Positions 1 to 7,558 of a stretch of DNA of 34,127 bases are shown piece by piece. The notes under the pieces are model-generated. The model ran no database searches, was not told the origin of the DNA, and saw only the letters and a list, made by a program, of their open reading frames with translations. Every line of letters starts with the position of its first letter. Positions within the stretch are counted from its first letter, which is position 1. Source of the stretch: a virus; IMG/VR virus record IMGVR_UViG_3300045988_034929, positions 1-34,127 of that record. One strand, written 5' to 3'. Position numbers and translations under genes: made by a program.

Positions 1-99
1 GCTGCAAATAATGAGTGATGCCATGTGCAACGCCCCGAGTTGGGCAAAGGGCATACCATTAAGAGCAGCCGGATATATTACTGATTATTACAAAAAAGA
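1..99. repeat. 99-bp exact terminal direct repeat, identical to 34029..34127. Indicates a circularly closed or terminally redundant complete genome with 34,028 bp of unique sequence.
   Basis: Base-by-base comparison of the first and last 99 nt of the window. The repeat lies inside the polymerase coding sequence. Confidence 0.95.
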
Positions 100-103
100 T
101 TAA
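1..103 (+). CDS. 3' end of the family A DNA polymerase CDS, continuing 32113..34127 across the circular junction. Stop TAA at 101..103.
   Basis: The frame is continuous with the open frame that runs off the window end (...GYITDYYKKD*). Confidence 0.9.
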   Translation, partial: LQIMSDAMCNAPSWAKGIPLRAAGYITDYYKKD

Positions 104-107
104 ATGT

Positions 108-2546
108 ATGGAATTACGAAAAATGGTTTTTAAAATCGCTACCGCGAGCAGCGCGAAGTCTACCTCATGGAAAAACCGTTCCTACTCATGGGACGAGTTG
201 ACCGAGAAGTTAACGAAAGCTACGGTTACGGATGAGACGTACCGGGAGTTCATGAGCGCGAGCAAAGCCGAGCAGGGTACAATTAAAGACGTAGGCGCAT
301 TCATGGGCGGCGAATTGTTCGGTAGCCGTAGAAACAAAAACAATGTAGGCGAGCGTTCTATTTTGGCGCTTGATATTGACTACGGAGAAAAGAACTTTCC
401 CGAAATGTTCTATTCTGTTATTAATTGCGCGTGTATCATTCACGGAACGCACAAGCATAACCCGAAAGCAAATACACTCCGTTACCGTGTTATCATTCCG
501 TTGTCCGAACCAGTGGACGGGGAGCAATACGAAGCCATCGCCCGAAAGGTTGCCGAGTTGACGGGTATCGACTTGTATGACAGAACGACGTTTCAGCCCG
601 AGCGGTGCATGTTTTTCCCATCTGTCTCCAAAGACGTGGAGTATGAGTTCATAGATTATTCGGCGTTCAATGAAAACCCTTTGGACGTGCAAAAGTATTT
701 GGGCATGTACGATGATTGGAGCGATACGACCGAATGGGCATACCACAAAGACGAGAAGGGCGAAGCCCGGACACTCGCCAAGGAACAACAAGACCCCACA
801 TTAAAGGAGGGTAACGTAGGTGACTTTTGCCGCGCCTACACCATCAGCGAGGTTATCGCAGAATACCTACCGGACGTTTACGAACCGACCGACCAACCCG
901 ATAGATGGACTTATACGGGCGGCTCTACTTCGGGCGGTATGCTTACCTTTAATGATATGTTTGCTTACTCGTTCCACAACAATGACCCGATACAAGGCAA
1001 CCACGTGTTCAATGCCTACGACCTGGTACGTGTACACAAGTTCGGTAAGATGGATAAGGGCACGGATAGAAAGAACTCCACCGAGGCTATGAACGAACTT
1101 GTAAACAAGGACGCAAAGGTAGCCACGGCACGTGCCCGAATGCTGGCATTTAAGGCTGGCGAGATTATGGACGACTTCGACGACGTTATAGAAGTAGAGG
1201 AGGCAACGGATGCTGACGTAGCAACAACGTATGAAGATGCGATGGCAAAGCTCGAAACGGATAAGCGCGGCGCTTACCTCCCGTCTGCAAAGAATTTAGG
1301 GCTAATCATGAAGTACGACCCGAATTTAAAGGGGCTTATCGCACGAGACCTATTTAAAGAGCGCCGGGTTGTTACACGCATACCTCTATGGCGCGCAAAG
1401 GATAGCTCTTTGGACTTCCAGGACGTGGACTACTCGGGCGTACGTAAACACATCGAAGACGTTTATGGCATATCGAATAGCGCAAAGATTGACGACGCTA
1501 TAGCGCTGTCCGCAGAAATGAATTCTTTCCACCCCGTGCAGGAGTATTTAACTAAATTAAAGTGGGACGGTATCGAAAGAGTTGATAAGGCTTTAATTCA
1601 CATTATGGGTGCGGAAGATAACATATACACCCGTGAAGCATTCCGTATCATGATGGTAGGTGCAGTTAAGCGTATATTCCAAAAGGGCTGCAAGTTCGAC
1701 AGTATGTTAGTGTTACAGTCCGAGCAGGGCGCAGGAAAAAGCACATTTATCCGAAAGCTGGGTAAACACTGGTTCTCTGATAGCCTTTCGAGCATGGACG
1801 GTAAGGGAGCGTTTGAACAGTTGCAGGGTAACTGGATATTGGAGGTTGCGGAGTTGTCAGCAATGAGGCGTTCAGAGGTTGAGGGCGTGAAAAACTTCAT
1901 TTCCAAAACAGAGGACAGCTTTAGACCGGCATACGGACGCGTTACTAAGAACTTTCCCAGGCAGTGTATTTTTATAGGTACGACCAATAGGGACGAATTC
2001 CTAAAAGACGATACGGGCGGCAGACGCTTTTTGCCCGTGAAGGTTAAGGCAAACGCTAATACGCATCTTATCTTTGAGAAGGGGTTCGACGATTACGTAG
2101 ACCAGCTTTGGGCCGAGGCAGTCCAAATGTATTTCCGCAAAGTAAGTACGCTGTTATCCCGTGAAGCCGAGGCGATTGCCGAGGAAGGCCGCGAGGAGCA
2201 TTTCGAGGCAGACCCCCGTACCGCCGCAGTAGAAGCCTACTTAAATATGCGCGTACCCTCTGATTGGCGGCGCATGTTTTTGAATGAGCGACGCATGTAC
2301 TTTAGGGAGTACGACGCTTCAAAGATGGACACGGAAGACTTTACATTAGAAGAGATGGACTTCGTGTCTACCATGCAAATCGCTACGGATGTGTTCGAGA
2401 TGGAAGTAGGGCGCGTAACAACTAAGGAGAACCGCGAGATAGCAGCCATTATGTCTAAGATACAAGGGTGGAAACGTTCGGCAGATGCTAAGTCAGTTAG
2501 GGGTATCGGACGCGCACGAGGATATGAGCGTATTGTTAACGAGTGA
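108..2546 (+). CDS. DNA primase/helicase: AEP-like primase N-terminal domain plus a VirE/D5-like P-loop NTPase.
   Basis: 812-aa ORF. DxD motif (LALDIDYG), Walker A (EQGAGKST), and a downstream RRFLPVKV segment typical of VirE-family phage primase-helicases. Adjacent to the polymerase gene. Confidence 0.8.
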   Translation: MELRKMVFKIATASSAKSTSWKNRSYSWDELTEKLTKATVTDETYREFMSASKAEQGTIKDVGAFMGGELFGSRRNKNNVGERSILALDIDYGEKNFPEMFYSVINCACIIHGTHKHNPKANTLRYRVIIPLSEPVDGEQYEAIARKVAELTGIDLYDRTTFQPERCMFFPSVSKDVEYEFIDYSAFNENPLDVQKYLGMYDDWSDTTEWAYHKDEKGEARTLAKEQQDPTLKEGNVGDFCRAYTISEVIAEYLPDVYEPTDQPDRWTYTGGSTSGGMLTFNDMFAYSFHNNDPIQGNHVFNAYDLVRVHKFGKMDKGTDRKNSTEAMNELVNKDAKVATARARMLAFKAGEIMDDFDDVIEVEEATDADVATTYEDAMAKLETDKRGAYLPSAKNLGLIMKYDPNLKGLIARDLFKERRVVTRIPLWRAKDSSLDFQDVDYSGVRKHIEDVYGISNSAKIDDAIALSAEMNSFHPVQEYLTKLKWDGIERVDKALIHIMGAEDNIYTREAFRIMMVGAVKRIFQKGCKFDSMLVLQSEQGAGKSTFIRKLGKHWFSDSLSSMDGKGAFEQLQGNWILEVAELSAMRRSEVEGVKNFISKTEDSFRPAYGRVTKNFPRQCIFIGTTNRDEFLKDDTGGRRFLPVKVKANANTHLIFEKGFDDYVDQLWAEAVQMYFRKVSTLLSREAEAIAEEGREEHFEADPRTAAVEAYLNMRVPSDWRRMFLNERRMYFREYDASKMDTEDFTLEEMDFVSTMQIATDVFEMEVGRVTTKENREIAAIMSKIQGWKRSADAKSVRGIGRARGYERIVNE

Positions 2547-2553
2547 TAACAGA

Positions 2554-2571
2554 GGGGGTGTAAAGACCCCC
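2554..2571 (+). terminator. Short GC hairpin (GGGGG-N8-CCCCC) just after the primase-helicase stop. Possible weak terminator.
   Basis: 5-bp G/C stem seen in the sequence. No T-tract follows. Confidence 0.3.
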
Positions 2572-2660
2572 AAATGTTAACTAACTGTTAACAGAATAGC
2601 TAAATGAGATTTATTTCTTAAATGGTGTTAACGCAATATACAACCTATCAGTATTTGCCG

Positions 2661-2668
2661 TATATTTG
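2661..2668 (+). promoter_or_regulatory. Bacteroidota-type -7 box TATATTTG that would drive transcription into hairpin element copy 1.
   Basis: Matches the TAnnTTTG consensus. The context ATACAACCTATNNGTATTTGCCGTATATTTG is conserved with 26556..26586. No clean TTG at -33. Confidence 0.5.
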
Positions 2669-2674
2669 TAATGT

Positions 2675-2885
2675 CAAAAGGGAACAAGGTTATTCTTTAC
2701 CGAAACTAAGAATACGAAACCTCCTCCAAAAGGAAAGATTAAAAAGTGAATGGAATTTAATCACCGGGTTTTCTTAAGACAAACAAAAACTAAGAGGTTG
2801 CTTTTTACCAAAACTAAGAGCACGATACCCGAAAGGGAAAGTTTGAAAAGTGAAAGGGATTCAAACACCAAATAGTTTTTTTAAA
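2675..2885 (+). ncRNA. Candidate structured RNA of about 210 nt containing two tandem P1-P2-P3 modules. Boundaries are approximate. It could instead be a 5' leader.
   Basis: Hairpins at 2691-2714, 2737-2762, 2799-2822 and 2841-2866, plus CCC-GAAA-GGG at 2828-2837. Loops are conserved and stems covary with copy 2. A T7 run lies at 2875-2881. Confidence 0.5.
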
Positions 2886-2902
2886 TAAAAAGGCAATAAT
2901 GG

Positions 2903-2938
2903 TGAACCTTTCTAAAGCTTCCGTTGTTCTTATAGTAT
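2903..2938 (+). promoter_or_regulatory. Degenerate member of the GAACM-N-TTATnnnnn promoter family (TGAACC-N21-TTATAGTAT), upstream of the first early ORF.
   Basis: Resembles the five better copies in sequence, but the -7 box lacks TTTG and the spacer is longer. Confidence 0.3.
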
Positions 2939-2960
2939 AACAATTTAAAAACTAAAGATT

Positions 2961-3128
2961 ATGAATGATAGAGCGGAAATAGTTAGAGTAAAAACATTCG
3001 GAAAGGTAGCTTTTCAAGTGAACATAATAAACTCCGAAACGGGATTGTACCGAAATAGTCTATCCAGAGGATTTGAAACAAGGAAAGAAGCTTTAGAATT
3101 TATATCAGATTACGGTTTAACAATTTAA
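2961..3128 (+). CDS. Hypothetical protein, 55 aa (MNDRAEIVRVKTFGK...).
   Basis: Manual translation; below the ORF-track size cutoff. Preceded by the conserved leader AATTTAAAAACTAAAGATT-ATG. Confidence 0.5.
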   Translation: MNDRAEIVRVKTFGKVAFQVNIINSETGLYRNSLSRGFETRKEALEFISDYGLTI

Positions 3129-3140
3129 AAACAAAAGATT

Positions 3141-3551
3141 ATGAAAAAGTTAGTAGTATTAGCAGTGTTAATTCTTACAAGTGTATCAATGTTTAGTCAG
3201 ATTACAAGCCAGGGTAAGCCGGACGTATTAAAGTCCTTCCGTATGGGCGTTTGCAAATTGGTTGATACCAATGGGGATATAACCATTGAGGCGCAAACGC
3301 GCGAGTCTGTAGGGTATATTATGAAAGTCTATTTAGGTACACCCGAGGAAGCGGCGGTAACGCTTGCAAGCCTTGCAGAATACAAGCCCGGAAAGGGCGA
3401 GACGGTCAACCTAAACAACCCAAGCAACAACGAGGCGTATTTCCAAAAGCTTACTGGCTCCTGGATAATCACAGAGAAGTTAACGGAGATTTTCAGTATC
3501 GCAGTGAGCCGCGGAGAGCTTAGGAAAATGGTTGAAGCGTTGGAAAATTAA
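3141..3551 (+). CDS. Hypothetical secreted or membrane-anchored protein with an N-terminal signal peptide.
   Basis: 136-aa ORF with a hydrophobic N-terminus (MKKLVVLAVLILTSVSMFSQ). Conserved leader upstream. Confidence 0.7.
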   Translation: MKKLVVLAVLILTSVSMFSQITSQGKPDVLKSFRMGVCKLVDTNGDITIEAQTRESVGYIMKVYLGTPEEAAVTLASLAEYKPGKGETVNLNNPSNNEAYFQKLTGSWIITEKLTEIFSIAVSRGELRKMVEALEN

Positions 3552-3591
3552 ATAAGTGTTTTTGTTATTACAATTTTAAAAAGGAAAGATT

Positions 3592-3795
3592 ATGAAAAGT
3601 GGAAATTTTATCGAGCTGACGTTCGTAGTTAAGGGTGAATTGCAAGTAGAGTTTATTAACGTTGAACACGTATCGCGTATTATGTACGTAGATGGTAAGC
3701 CGTTTATTGGTATGCTGGGACAGACCTACACGCGCCAACTTACGGAAACAAGCATGCAAGAACTAACAGAGTGTATTAACTTAGAAAACAATTAA
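3592..3795 (+). CDS. Hypothetical protein.
   Basis: 67-aa ORF with the conserved leader AATTTTAAAAAGGAAAGATT-ATG. The overlapping minus-strand ORF 3568..3759 is rejected. Confidence 0.6.
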   Translation: MKSGNFIELTFVVKGELQVEFINVEHVSRIMYVDGKPFIGMLGQTYTRQLTETSMQELTECINLENN

Positions 3796-3801
3796 ATTAA
3801 A

Positions 3802-3963
3802 ATGGTTACTATCATAAAAGTTATCGCAGTAAACGAAGAGGAACGTACCTCTTATTATCCTACCCCCGGCGATGGGGTGTTTCCAACCGTGGAGAAGGCA
3901 CGGGAGTTTTATAAAAATGAGTTCAAAACAAATCAAATAATATTGTGTTATGTCAGCAAGTGA
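3802..3963 (+). CDS. Hypothetical protein, 53 aa.
   Basis: Manual translation (MVTIIKVIAVNEEERTSYYP...). Fills the gap and overlaps the next start by 14 nt. Confidence 0.45.
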   Translation: MVTIIKVIAVNEEERTSYYPTPGDGVFPTVEKAREFYKNEFKTNQIILCYVSK

Positions 3964-4708
3964 AAACGTACAGAGTTACAACGTGGGAAAGTCCGATTAT
4001 TCAAAACATGTTATACAACCATGGGATATATGGAAAGAATATAACCTTAACCCCTGGGACGCGGATATAGTGAAACGCGTGCTACGCAGCAAGGAAGGGG
4101 AGGAGCGGACGCTTGACTACGAAAAGATTATCCACATTTGCAAATATCGCATTGCGGAGCTATCTAAGGGAGTTTTAAAGGAAACCAAGGTAGTTACACC
4201 AGCCGAGGCAGAAAAGCCCGTAGAGGACGAGGAAAGCGACGACACGACGGTATTTTGCTTGGACGAGACAATGAAGCCCGCAATGTTCTATACTGAGGGA
4301 ATGAAGTGGGACGGTAAGTACATAGGCTACTCGGTGTTCATGACTGATGGCGTACCCTATATGTATTTGGGCGTCGGCGCAGATGGTTACCACTTGTATG
4401 TAGACCTTTCGGGGTTCGAGCGATGGCATTACGCCCGGGAAATGCACCTGCCGCCCCGGACGTTCAGACTAAGGAATAACCTCTTTTTAGACGAACACAG
4501 AAGCTCGCTAAAGATAGGGTACGAAGGCAAGAACTATGAGAAGCACGATTATATAATAACGCGCGACGGGCACTTGCTCCGCTACTTCGGCATGAAGGGG
4601 AAAATGTTTTCCTATCGTGATATGTCGGCAAAGGGCGCGGATGGCGCATACCCCGAGTTCTTAAGCGATTATAAATTAGAAAATAAAGCAATTCAATTCA
4701 CGTTATGA
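3950..4708 (+). CDS. Protein with a DUF3310-like (SaV-like) N-terminal domain and an uncharacterised C-terminal extension.
   Basis: The N-terminal pattern Y..GKSDY....IQPWDIW...NL..W..DIVKRVLR.K......DYEKI.H resembles DUF3310 phage proteins as I recall them. Confidence 0.55.
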   Translation: MSASENVQSYNVGKSDYSKHVIQPWDIWKEYNLNPWDADIVKRVLRSKEGEERTLDYEKIIHICKYRIAELSKGVLKETKVVTPAEAEKPVEDEESDDTTVFCLDETMKPAMFYTEGMKWDGKYIGYSVFMTDGVPYMYLGVGADGYHLYVDLSGFERWHYAREMHLPPRTFRLRNNLFLDEHRSSLKIGYEGKNYEKHDYIITRDGHLLRYFGMKGKMFSYRDMSAKGADGAYPEFLSDYKLENKAIQFTL

Positions 4709-4890
4709 TAAGCGGACAAGAATACGCGTACGGTATCGGAGACGAGATAGTACATAACGGAGAGGTTTTAAAGTATAGGGGCTATTATAACGGGCACATC
4801 TATACGACTACAGTAGACCACGAAGCCGGGGAGTTCTCCGAAACAGTGGTATTTGAAAACAAATTGAGAAATGAAGGAAATAATAAGTGA
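4705..4890 (+). CDS. Hypothetical protein.
   Basis: 61-aa ORF with an ATGA start/stop overlap with the upstream gene. Confidence 0.6.
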   Translation: MISGQEYAYGIGDEIVHNGEVLKYRGYYNGHIYTTTVDHEAGEFSETVVFENKLRNEGNNK

Positions 4891-5209
4891 AAAAGATTTA
4901 GAGCGTACTTTCTCCGAGAAGCTTAACCGAACAAAAAAAGTGTGGGTAATAAAACTATTATCCACCTTTATAAAAGGTTTGCCGGATAGAATGATACTTT
5001 GCCAGGGTGGTTACGTAGGCTTTGCCGAGATAAAGACCACCGGTAAGAAGCCAACTAAGATACAATCTCACATTCACGAGAAGTTAAGGGCCCTCGGCTT
5101 CACGGTATTTGTCATAGACGATTTGGAGAGCCGGGACAACGCGATAAGTTTCTTCTTAAGAAATGTTAAGGAAATAAACAACATACCGGGAAAAGGGTTA
5201 TCTTTGTAG
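4871..5209 (+). CDS. VRR-NUC domain nuclease.
   Basis: Motif GLPDRMIL...GYVGFAEIK (PD...ExK) followed by Q......L...G, as in VRR-NUC family proteins. Confidence 0.75.
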   Translation: MKEIISEKDLERTFSEKLNRTKKVWVIKLLSTFIKGLPDRMILCQGGYVGFAEIKTTGKKPTKIQSHIHEKLRALGFTVFVIDDLESRDNAISFFLRNVKEINNIPGKGLSL

Positions 5210-5232
5210 CATCAAATTAAAAAACAGAAATC

Positions 5233-5475
5233 ATGAAAAAGAGAAGTTTAAAAGAAGAGATTGAATACCGTTTAGGTATGTACTTCGGTATCAAGTCTGG
5301 CGCGCTGTATGTCCGCGATGATAAATTCGGTAATACCGAGGAAATTCTAAAACAGTTGCAAAGCGATATTACTCGTGATGTTAATTTCCTATCACGTAAA
5401 ACGCTGGGTTACATATCAGAGGAGCAGGATTTCAAAAGTATTTGCGTGTTCTATAAAACAAAATTAATGAAGTAA
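5233..5475 (+). CDS. Hypothetical protein.
   Basis: 80-aa ORF with an A-rich leader. Confidence 0.65.
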   Translation: MKKRSLKEEIEYRLGMYFGIKSGALYVRDDKFGNTEEILKQLQSDITRDVNFLSRKTLGYISEEQDFKSICVFYKTKLMK

Positions 5476-5482
5476 TAAAGCT

Positions 5483-5659
5483 ATGGTAAACTATATCGAT
5501 TTAAAATTAAAATGTATCGCGGGTCACGCCGAGATAGTAATCAACGGTCAGCGCATCAAGTGCGCTGCCGATTATGATAGAGTAATAGGGCATATAACGC
5601 CGGCAGCTCTCCATGAGTTCAACTCGCAGTTATTAATGATAAGAGCAATGTTATGTTAG
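5483..5659 (+). CDS. Hypothetical protein, 58 aa.
   Basis: Manual translation (MVNYIDLKLKCIAGHAEIV...). Its stop overlaps the start of the HNH gene. Confidence 0.45.
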   Translation: MVNYIDLKLKCIAGHAEIVINGQRIKCAADYDRVIGHITPAALHEFNSQLLMIRAMLC

Positions 5660-6195
5660 AACTTAGATACGAAGAAGTAGCGAGGCTATTTACATACGAC
5701 CGGGAAACGGGCGTACTGTATTGGAGAATTAGAGACCGTAACACTATCCGGCGTAACTATGTTGCAGGCCCTTCTAAAGGAACTAAAGACGGGTATCGGC
5801 AGGTGAGTATCAAAGGAAAGATGTACATGGAGCACCGCATTATAATGATGCTTTGCTTTGGACATATCCCGGAGAACGCCGAGATAGACCATATAAACCA
5901 CGTAAGAAATGATAACAGATTGTGCAATCTTCGTTTCGTTACGATGTCAGAGAATAGGAGAAACCAATCAGTAAACAGCAAAAGCACCACGGGCGTTACT
6001 GGGGTGTATTTCTCAAAGACCAAAAAAAAGTATATAGCCCAAATCAGTGTAGACTGGGAAACCATATACCTTGGAATATTCGATACATTGGAAGAAGCCG
6101 CCGCCGCACGGGCGGAAGCCAATTTAAAATTTAAGTTTAATAATAACCACGGAAAAGGGAGGGCAGAATATGTTAGAAAGAAATCAAATGCATGA
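5653..6195 (+). CDS. HNH endonuclease with an AP2-type DNA-binding domain (free-standing homing endonuclease).
   Basis: HRIIM...IDHINHVRNDNRLCNLR...SENRRN (HNH) followed by TGVTGVY....KKYIAQI......LG.F.T.EEAA.AR (AP2). Paralog of 31491..31993. Confidence 0.85.
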   Translation: MLELRYEEVARLFTYDRETGVLYWRIRDRNTIRRNYVAGPSKGTKDGYRQVSIKGKMYMEHRIIMMLCFGHIPENAEIDHINHVRNDNRLCNLRFVTMSENRRNQSVNSKSTTGVTGVYFSKTKKKYIAQISVDWETIYLGIFDTLEEAAAARAEANLKFKFNNNHGKGRAEYVRKKSNA

Positions 6196-7558
6196 TTACC
6201 AAAAGAGGGCGGTAGCGCATATCATAAACAATGAATGCTGCGCTCTGTTTCTTTCATGCGGCATGGGCAAAACTGTTTCTACCCTAACGGCGATTAAAGA
6301 CCTTTTGGATAATTGCATCATATCTAATTGCCTGGTAATCGCCCCAAAGAAGGTAACGCAAGTTACATGGAGCGATGAAATTAAGGCATGGTCACACCTT
6401 AAAGACTTGACAATTTCAGTTATCGACGGTACAGTTAAACAACGCCGGGAAGCCTACGAGAAGAAAGCGGACATATACGCAATTAGCCGTGATAACATTG
6501 TTTGGCTCGTAATGGAGTACGGGGGTATAAAGCTTCCCTACGATATGGTTGTTATCGATGAATTGAGCAGTTTTAAGAACCCCGCGTCAAAGCGTTTTAA
6601 AGCTCTTAGAAAGGTTCGTAAGTTTATCCCCCGGGTAGTAGGCTTGACGGGTACACCGTCGCCAAACGGACTTATAGACCTATTCGCTCAAATGTATCTC
6701 ATTGACGAAGGGCAAAGGCTCGGAAAATCAATCACAGCGTACAGGGATAGGTTTTTCAGACCTGACAAGCGGAACGGTGACGTAGTGTACAGCTACGCAC
6801 TGAAAATTCCCCAGGAGGAAACGGAGAAGCAGATAAGCGACCTTATCAGTGATATAACCGTGTCAATGGTTGCAGAGGACTACTTGAAGATGCCCGACCG
6901 AATAAACATATACGACCGTGTGGAGTTGTCCCCGAAGGTGCTGGCACAGTATAAGGAGTTTGAGAAGGAACAAGTATTGGAGCTTATCAACTCGGACGAA
7001 CCGATAAGTGCGGCAAGTGCGGCAGCGCTATCCAATAAGCTACAGCAATTCGCAAACGGCGCGATATACGATGCCGACCGAAAGGTTATCGAACTGCACG
7101 ACGAGAAGTTGGAAAAACTCGAGGAGCTTGTAGAGGCTGCGAACGGCTCGCCCGTATTGGTTGCCTACTCCTACAAACATGACCTCGACCGTATAATGCA
7201 GAAGCTAAAGGCATATAAGCCCGTCAAACTGGAAAAGCCCGAACAGATAGCCGAGTGGAACGCCGGAAAGATTAAAGTGCTGGTAACGCACCCGGCGAGC
7301 GCAGGGCACGGGCTTAACCTACAGAAAGGCGGGCATACGCTTATATGGTTCGGTAACACCTGGAGCCTGGAACTATACATGCAGTTCAACGCCCGGTTAT
7401 ATCGCCAGGGGCAAACGTACCCCGTAATCGTTCATCACATCTTAACCACGGGGACGGTAGACGAGAAGATAATAAAAGCCCTGGACGGCAAGAAACAGAC
7501 GCAAGACGGGCTAATGGAGAGTATTAAAGAACTTATGGAATTTTACAGTAAGAAATGA
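6170..7558 (+). CDS. SNF2-family (DEAD-like) helicase.
   Basis: Motif I GMGKT, motif II DELS, motif III LTGTPSPN, and C-terminal motifs SAGHGLNLQ and QFNARLYRQGQ. Confidence 0.9.
   Translation: MLERNQMHDYQKRAVAHIINNECCALFLSCGMGKTVSTLTAIKDLLDNCIISNCLVIAPKKVTQVTWSDEIKAWSHLKDLTISVIDGTVKQRREAYEKKADIYAISRDNIVWLVMEYGGIKLPYDMVVIDELSSFKNPASKRFKALRKVRKFIPRVVGLTGTPSPNGLIDLFAQMYLIDEGQRLGKSITAYRDRFFRPDKRNGDVVYSYALKIPQEETEKQISDLISDITVSMVAEDYLKMPDRINIYDRVELSPKVLAQYKEFEKEQVLELINSDEPISAASAAALSNKLQQFANGAIYDADRKVIELHDEKLEKLEELVEAANGSPVLVAYSYKHDLDRIMQKLKAYKPVKLEKPEQIAEWNAGKIKVLVTHPASAGHGLNLQKGGHTLIWFGNTWSLELYMQFNARLYRQGQTYPVIVHHILTTGTVDEKIIKALDGKKQTQDGLMESIKELMEFYSKK

Larger units (their letters stand above)
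2638..2890 (+). repeat. Copy 1 of a duplicated non-coding element of about 250 bp (copy 2 at 26556..26810). It contains two tandem three-hairpin modules.
   Basis: By-eye alignment to 26556..26810 gives about 85-90% identity. No ORF of 60 aa or more on either strand. Confidence 0.9.

Noticed and set aside
1-99. Reading the 99-bp terminal repeat as a biological direct terminal repeat or cos end.
   Set aside because: It falls in the middle of the polymerase ORF, and its length equals a common assembler k-mer. An assembly overlap of a circular or circularly permuted genome is the more economical reading. It cannot be settled without reads.
2638-2890. Whether the repeated modules could be a CRISPR array, a tRNA or tmRNA, or a small-protein gene.
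   Set aside because: The units are about 85-110 nt with no short identical repeats and unique spacers, so this is not a CRISPR array. No tRNA features were found here or anywhere else in the window (no 7-bp acceptor stem, no T-loop GTTCRANYC). No ATG-initiated frame of meaningful length is conserved between the two copies.
2871-2890. Complementarity between the element's 3' tail (GTTTTTTTAAAT) and the conserved mRNA leader (ATTTAAAAAC), which would suggest sRNA-leader pairing.
   Set aside because: The pairing is A/U only, about 8-9 nt long and of low complexity. It differs between the two copies and cannot be distinguished from chance in an A/T-rich context.
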